Assembly: GCF_006345805.1 (NCBI RefSeq)
Contig: NW_021834112.1
Span: 1-28,750 of the forward strand
DNA length: 28,750 nt
Reading direction: 5' to 3'
Origin: Octopus sinensis
Taxonomy: Eukaryota
Made by a program: the position numbers and the translations under genes. The notes beneath the pieces are model-generated. The model made no database searches and had not been told where the DNA came from. It was given only the letters and a program-made list of their open reading frames with translations. Of the stretch, positions 22,349 through 28,750 are shown piece after piece (the first letter of the stretch is position 1; each line of letters begins with the position of its first letter).

Positions 22349-22921
22349 ACCTCTTTCAAGTAGCGTGCGTATTGTGAAAAATTATATTGTTATGGACAAT
22401 AGTTCCAATTTCGGCATATTTGGCATTAGAACTTTTGTCGTTTGCCCTTATTTATAAGTTGTTTATAATTTTAACCTTTAAAGGTATTTTTTAATATGCT
22501 GGCCATTGATAAAATTTTGTTTCCGAACAAATTTTATCCTACATTAAATATAAATTTGATAGTGTTCACTTCCGGACATTCTCACTCTGTGAGAGCCTCA
22601 GTTCAAATCGCACGTGTCTTGAATGGTCTGGAGTATTTATATTTTGGATATATTTGGGGTACTTAATTGCGCTCATCACTTAGTGTTTTGCTTCTTCCAT
22701 GGGTATGAGTAAGTATCTCATTTATTTCTTTGCCACATTTATCACTGACGGAGGGAGGGTTCTTACGAACTAACCCTGAAATCGGTCCGATATGGTAATA
22801 ATGGAATTTTAAAAAATTTCTGTCGACCTTTTTCAAGTAGCGTGCGTATTGTGAAAAATATATGGTTATGGACAATAGTTCCAATTTCGGCATATTTGGC
22901 ATTAGAAAATTTTCGTTTGCC
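22349..22921 (+). mobile_element. 477-bp unit in a 1.2x partial tandem with a hammerhead motif: Penelope-like pLTR or retrozyme remnant
   Basis: About 97-bp direct repeats at 22349-22446 and 22826-22921 (period 477, about 6 differences); (TA)n on both flanks; hammerhead fold at 22733-22804. Confidence 0.7.
22733..22804 (+). ncRNA. Type I hammerhead ribozyme motif, one core substitution (A9 to G)
   Basis: Stem I TTATCA(22739-44)/TGGTAA(22793-98), extended by CCA/TGG across a 3x3 internal loop. Core CTGACGG (22745-51). Stem II AGGG..GGTTC-TTAC-GAACT..CCCT (22752-77). GAAA (22778-81). Stem III ATCG-GTC-CGAT (22781-91). Predicted cleavage triplet AUA, cutting after 22792. Confidence 0.7.
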
Positions 22922-22966
<45 letters not shown>

Positions 22967-23284
22967 AATTAGAGATAAAACCACTATTAGGCAAATCAAA
23001 CAATGAAAAACATAAGCCAATACATAAATTATTTATTTATATTATTTTAAATATATATATCCAAAGTATAACAGTTTAATAAAAGATATATTAGTCATTT
23101 TTAAATATTTATGTAATTAGATATAGACTAATACCGATATTAGATTATTGGGGGTTTCCTACCTTAAATTAAAATAAATATTTAACATTATAGTCGATTT
23201 TGATATAATCATAATTGTTAAGTTTTATGTTTTTAGTTTGATAATAGAGTTTATTATAAGTAAAAATCTAATGTTGATCCACAT

Positions 23285-23334
23285 ATATATATATTATATA
23301 ATATATATATATATAATACATACAACAGACAGAC

Positions 23335-23379
<45 letters not shown>

Positions 23380-23406
23380 TAGATAGATAGATAGATAGAT
23401 AGATAG
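23285..23406. repeat. (TA)n/(CAGA)n/(TAGA)n microsatellite
   Basis: Direct reading. Confidence 0.95.
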
Positions 23407-23652
23407 TAAGTCCGTGTGTTGAAGTGTGAGTTAAACGACCAGTATGAGAACTGATGTATGGCCAAGACGATTAGTAAATGGCCACATGCACACGAATATT
23501 ATATAAATTTATATTTATGTCACAAAATAACATAAAATAGCAAAATAGTTTTGACTCTCGACTATGTGCGGCTTCTTGTTCATACATCACGAGATAGATT
23601 TGTTTCTGTTCCCCTCGGAAATGCCAAATTTGCATCCAGTTGCTGTTCGGTG

Positions 23653-23930
23653 ATCATCTTCATCTTCAACCACCAGCTCTCCCTGTGTCCAGGGGTCGGG
23701 CTGCCCTCTCTATCCAAATCCTTCTGGGTTATGCTATATGCATTCAATCCGCTAGGTTTTTGTTTCCGGTTCATTCTTTGCTGTCTTTAGTACACAAACG
23801 TCTTTCGCGGACTCTTGCTCCCTTCCTCTCTACACTTCTTGTCAGAATGGTCTTGGGCAATGACTCCTGACACGTATGATGCCCAGGGATAGTAAATAGA
23901 TACAATTCTCCTCTGTGTCTCATAGCTAGC
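23653..23930 (-). pseudogene. RTE-clade LINE 3' end remnant (second family)
   Basis: One minus-strand frame reads ...GHHTCQESLPKTILTRSVERKGARVRERRLCTKDSKE*TGNKNLAD*MHIA*PRRIW, similar to the recalled RTE consensus GH..R..SL.KTILQG.VEG.R.RGR.RK.W.DNIKEWTG...DR..W. Ends in a (TGAAGA)n-type tail at 23653-23668. Confidence 0.72.
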
Positions 23931-24059
23931 CCTTTTACGCTTAGAAACATTTTATCAGCAAAGTCATTTTTAGAAAAGGGTATCATTAAAAGATGCAGAT
24001 ATAAATGCCACCTCGTTTGAGAATCATGGTAATATATACTTGCTTTAATGAGGAAATTT

Positions 24060-24275
24060 AAAGTAGCGATCTAGCAGAATCGTTTGCACGCCGGGCAAAA
24101 TGCTTAGCGGCATTCCGTCTGCCTTTACTTTCTGAGTTCAAAACCCGCTGAGGTTGACTTTGTCTTTCACCCTTTCGGGGTCATTACGAAAAGCATCAGT
24201 TGAGCAATGGACTCGATGCAATCGACTTACTTCCATCCCACGAAATTGCTGTACTTGTACTAAAATTTGAAACCA
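24060..24275 (+). mobile_element. SINE family D with tRNA-like head
   Basis: TAGCAGAATCGTTTGCACGCCGGGCAAAATGCTTAGCGGC...CTGAGTTCAAAACCCGCTGAGGTTGACTTTGTCTTTCACCCTTTCGGGGTC...GCAATCGACTT...GAAATTGCTG. Confidence 0.82.
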
Positions 24276-24343
24276 ACCTTAATGATTGAGTTTCGTAGAA
24301 CCTGGGATCCCGATTCTCAATAATATTCCTCCACCGCTGGTGG

Positions 24344-24781
24344 TTTACTCTTTTTTTTTACTCTTTATTACTCTTTTACATGTTTCAGTCATTTGACTGT
24401 GGCCATGCTGGAGCACCGCCTTTTTAGTCGAGCGAATCGACCCCAGGACTTATTCTTTGTAAGCCTAGTGCTTATTATATCGGACTCTTTTGCCGAACCG
24501 CTAAGTTACGGGGACGTAAACACACCAGCATCGGTTGTCGAGCGATGTTGCGGGGCCAAACACAAACACACTAACATATACACACACATACATACATACA
24601 TACATATAAATATATACGACGGGCTTCTTTCCGTTTCCGTCTAGTAAATCCACTCACAAGGCTTTGGTCGGCCCGAGGCTATGGTAGGAGACACTTGCCC
24701 AAGGTGCCACGCAGTGGAACTGAACCCGGAACCATGTGTTTCGTAAGCAAGCTACTTACCACACAGTCACTCCAACGCCTA
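24344..24781 (-). mobile_element. Composite SINE A+linker+B, reverse strand
   Basis: B at about 24344-24568, CA/TA linker, A at 24612-24781; colinear with 17540-17952. Confidence 0.92.
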
Positions 24782-25399
24782 CAAAAGTCTTGCACGACAG
24801 TAATGCAACCCTACCCAAAAAAGAGTTAAAAACTTGATTAGTATGTTTAACATACTCTGAACTATAAACCATACTCCCTGTTCATTGATGAAACAAACAT
24901 CCTGCAAGATGAACAGTTATGAGAGAGAACACGCTAACACAGGTTAAACATTTCAACTATATCCGTAACAAGACTTTCTTTTTTACGATAGGTATTGATT
25001 AGTTTGATATGTTATTTTATAGTATCGATATATAGTACTTGTAGTCATCACGTGCCTGCCCACATCTGCCCGCTGTATATAACTTATCGTTTGTCTATCA
25101 ATCGGATTATGCGTCTTATAAATCAGATACACTTGCATCGACGTGCTGGACTCTATATTACTGAATATGTGTGCGCGTGCGGATGGGACTGCCACTGGGG
25201 CTGTGTGTGTTTGTATCTGTGTGTGTGTGTGCGTATGTGTGTGTGTGTATCTAGATATAAATCTGTATATTCACCTATTCATTTCATTTAATAGTTTATC
25301 TCGCTATTATCAGTATACCTATCGGAATTCTGTATACTTCTTTAGATATACGGAGACATCACATCACACAACACAGATATACAAATATACATTCATATA

Positions 25400-25437
25400 G
25401 AATATAAATAAATACATATATATATGTATGGTGTATG

Positions 25438-25499
<62 letters not shown>

Positions 25500-25637
25500 T
25501 GTGTGTGTGTGTGTGTGTGTATGTATAGAGAATCTATATATATGTTTTATATATATATGTATTATATATATATATTCATATTCATAATACATATGATATG
25601 TAAATAAATAAATGTATACATATGTTGGAATATGTGT

Positions 25638-25673
<36 letters not shown>

Positions 25674-25806
25674 TATATAATATATATATATATGTATATA
25701 TATTATATATATATGTGTGTGTGTGTGTATATATATGTGGTGTGTGTGTGTATATATATGTGTGTGTGTATTATAATATGTGTGTGTATATATATATGTG
25801 TTTGTG

Positions 25807-25851
<45 letters not shown>

Positions 25852-25930
25852 ATATGTATAATATATATATATATATGTATATATATCCATATAATATGTA
25901 CACATACATATTCACACACACACGTATATG
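25400..25930. repeat. (TA)n/(TG)n/(CA)n compound field
   Basis: Direct reading. Confidence 0.9.
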
Positions 25931-26379
25931 TGAGCGTAAATTTAATCAGCGTAAGGATTTTTGTTCAGTTGCTACGCTTATTTACACCGTTTCACATAAA
26001 GCCAGAAAACATACGACCCCCACCAACCCATCCCCAGCCTTTTAGAAAAAGTATTAGCTGATAATATTCCTATTGTTAAATACCAAGGGAAATTAATTCA
26101 CCTGAGTACTTCAATTATATTTAAATGCTAGGACAAAAAACCTTTGATCTGAAATATATTCGTTAATATAGAAAACAGTGGCAAATAAGGTTAATAACTA
26201 GATTTCGATAATCTCGCGTCGTGGGTTTTATTGGTATTCTGCAGGAATATTCTCAGACTCACATCATTGCGCTTGTATATTAGTGTGTCTGTTCCTTAGC
26301 TGAGGAAGTAGGTTTCGCACAGTTACAGAGTCAGAATCACACTTACTCATACATATGGGCGTGCATATAACGACGATAA

Positions 26380-26560
26380 AAGATACATACATATATACAT
26401 ACATACATATCTACATATATACATACATACATTATGTGTGTGTGTGTGTGTATAGGAAATAGTGGTACAAGAAGGTACCAATATTATATATATATATATG
26501 TACGTATATGGCAAAACGATAGATGGAAGATCAGTATATATATATATATATATGTATATG

Positions 26561-26594
<34 letters not shown>

Positions 26595-26676
26595 TATATA
26601 CATACACATATACGTGTGCATACATATAGAACATATATGCATATATCTGTGTGTGTATGGATGTATACATACACAA

Positions 26677-26719
<43 letters not shown>

Positions 26720-26929
26720 AACTTTTATGTGTGGTGAGGAGAGGCTTTATGTATATATATATATATATTTACAGATAGAAAAGTTGAAACAAAAATGGAT
26801 GAAAGAATTATCCTAAAAAACGAAACAGAGTATTTTACTTCCAATAGACGTTCCAACAAATTGTTGTTATCTTGCACACACACCCACAGACACACACACA
26901 AGTATATATATTGTTGTGTGTGTGTGTGC

Positions 26930-26980
<51 letters not shown>
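26380..26980. repeat. (TA)n/(CA)n/(TG)n compound fields
   Basis: Direct reading. Confidence 0.85.
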
Positions 26981-27077
26981 GATGTAAATATGCCATAAAA
27001 TAATCTGAAAGAATACTAATATAGATGTAATTCATTTAGCATTATTGCATTGCAAAGTACCTTTCGCATTTGCTTAT

Positions 27078-27460
27078 TCTTATTATTATTATTATTATTA
27101 TATTATTACATTATTATTATTATTATTATTATACTATTATTACTATTATTATATTATTATCTTATTATTATTATTATATATTATTATATTATATTATTAT
27201 TATATTATTAATATTATTATTATTATTATATTATTATTATTATTATTACTATTATTATTATTATTATTATATTATTATTATTATTATTATTATATTATTA
27301 TTATTACTATTATTATTATTATTTTATTATTGTAGTTGTTGTTGTAAATATTATTATAGTTTGTAGTTGTTGTTGTTAATATTATTATTATTATTATTAT
27401 TGTTGTCGTTGTTGTTGTTGTTAATATTATTATTATTATTATATTATTATCATTATTACT
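27078..27460. repeat. About 380-bp interrupted (ATT)n/(GTT)n array
   Basis: Direct reading. Confidence 0.95.
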
Positions 27461-27510
27461 TGACAGACCAATATTTCACGTTTGAAACTGTTAATATTAC
27501 TTTCTAATCT

Positions 27511-27902
27511 TCCTCCTCCTCCTCTCCTCATCATCATCATCATCAGCAGCAGCAACAGCAACAACAGCAGCAGCGCTAAAAATTTCGTTTTTTCATTTGA
27601 ATTTCTTTCCGTTTGGTTTTATTTATTTGCGCCATCTTGATTCTGGTTTCATTTCTGTTTTCTGTTTTTTTTTCTTTTTATCGTTCATCGTTTTGGCCTC
27701 CTAGCAATGAAAGCAATGATGACATCATCACCATCACCATTATCATCATCATCATCACCATCGTCATCATCGTCATCGTCGTTATATACCCTTGTATGTG
27801 TTCATCATCATTGTGTCAATCATCAGGTTTATCCAAAAGAATGTTGTCTTGATGGTGGTGATGGTACTGCTGCTGCTGATGATGATGATGGAGGAGGAGA
27901 GG
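27511..27902. repeat. Compound trinucleotide tracts (CCT/CAT/CAG/CAA, CAT/CAC/CGT and the inverted CTG/GAT/GAG)
   Basis: Direct reading. Confidence 0.85.
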
Positions 27903-28254
27903 CCGGAGTAAAGAAAAGGAGAAGCTAGAGGAAGTCTGTGATGTGATGCACAATAAGGGGGCGGGACCCATGTTGGTATTAGGTGTGCTGTTGTTTACGT
28001 TTTGGGCTTAAAAATTCCGATCTGATCGAACAGACGTTGAATCACGAATATATTCCAACGATGTACAACGATGTGCTAAATGGTTGGACAAGCAGAAAGA
28101 GTGGGTTCGGTCGTTGATGAAGATGATGATGGTGATGAAGGTGAGGAGGAGGTTGGCAAGCGACTTTGGGGGGACAAACACAAACACACAAATACACACA
28201 CACTCACTTACTCACTCACACACACACACACACATACACACAAATACACACACA

Positions 28255-28293
<39 letters not shown>

Positions 28294-28317
28294 ACACATA
28301 CACACAAATGCGTAACT

Positions 28318-28697
28318 GTATTTCGTCTGCCGCCACATACTGAGTTCAAATTCTGCCGAGGTCGACTTTGCCTTTCAACCTTTCGGGGTCGATTAAATAA
28401 GTACCAGTTACGCACTGGGGTCGATATAATCGACTTAATCAGTTTGTCTGTCCTTGTTTGTCCTCTGTCCTTGTTAGTCCCTTGTGGTTAGTAAAGAAAT
28501 AGGTATTTCGTCTGCCGTTACGTTCTGAGTTCAAATTCCACCGAGGTCGACTTTGCCCTTCATCCTTTCGGTAGCGATTAAATAAGTACCAGTTACGCAC
28601 TGGGGTCGAGGTAATCGACTTAATCCCTTTATCTGTCCTTGTTCGTCCCCTCTATGCTTAAACTCCCTCACCCCCACCGTGGGCAATAAAGGAATAA
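28318..28697 (+). mobile_element. SINE family D head-to-tail dimer (185-bp period)
   Basis: Units begin GTATTTCGTCTGCCG at 28318 and 28503. Each has GAGTTCAAATT, the GTCGACTTTGCC..TCA.CCTTTCGG core, and the same tail type as the copy at 5756. Confidence 0.92.
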
Positions 28698-28750
28698 ATG
28701 TTATTAGGAATTTTTTAATAAAATGCTGTTAAAATATTTTGTGAAACATA

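Noticed and set aside
22349-22921. Reading of the direct repeats as TRIM/LTR ends
   Set aside because: No TG...CA termini, primer-binding site, polypurine tract or 4-6 bp TSD; the partial-tandem plus hammerhead reading fits better.
26299-26350. CTGAGGA motif; also a possible 8-nt microexon (TTCCTTAG|CTGAGGAA|GTAGGT)
   Set aside because: No GAAA and stems for a ribozyme. The microexon is frame-shifting and has no supporting neighbouring exons or transcript evidence.
2452-28491. Dozens of 60-230 aa ORFs rich in Y/I/M/C/V/H/T/L
   Set aside because: They are translations of (TA)n, (CA)n, (TATG)n and (ATT)n microsatellites or SINE bodies, with no protein-like complexity.
1-28750. CRISPR arrays, rRNA or prokaryotic operons
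   Set aside because: No regularly spaced repeat-spacer structure or rRNA-like sequence; the window is clearly eukaryotic repeat-rich DNA.

Overview
Eukaryotic, AT-rich, microsatellite-saturated DNA with no recognisable host protein-coding exon, probably intronic or intergenic. The SINE types and repeat load fit an octopod cephalopod best; that assignment is inference from recalled octopus tRNA-derived SINEs, not a search result. Almost all long ORFs in the supplied track are translations of microsatellites. Supported content: (1) a full-length but dead Tc1/mariner DD34E transposon (285-1554) with 41-bp TIRs and a TA target duplication; (2) a 1.1-kb non-autonomous Helitron (12404-13528) with 5' TC, 3' hairpin and CTAG; (3) about 25 copies or fragments of tRNA-derived SINE modules, labelled here A, C, D and E plus a 3' module B, several with clear TSDs; (4) three decayed LINE fragments (two RTE-like 3' ends and one R4/Dong-like RT piece next to a (TAA)n run); (5) a 477-bp unit present as about 1.2 tandem copies between (TA)n tracts, carrying a type I hammerhead ribozyme fold with one core substitution. 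The last item is the most interesting signal: a candidate Penelope pLTR or retrozyme. SINE family letters are my own labels. Coordinates of degraded copies are approximate and identities were estimated by eye.
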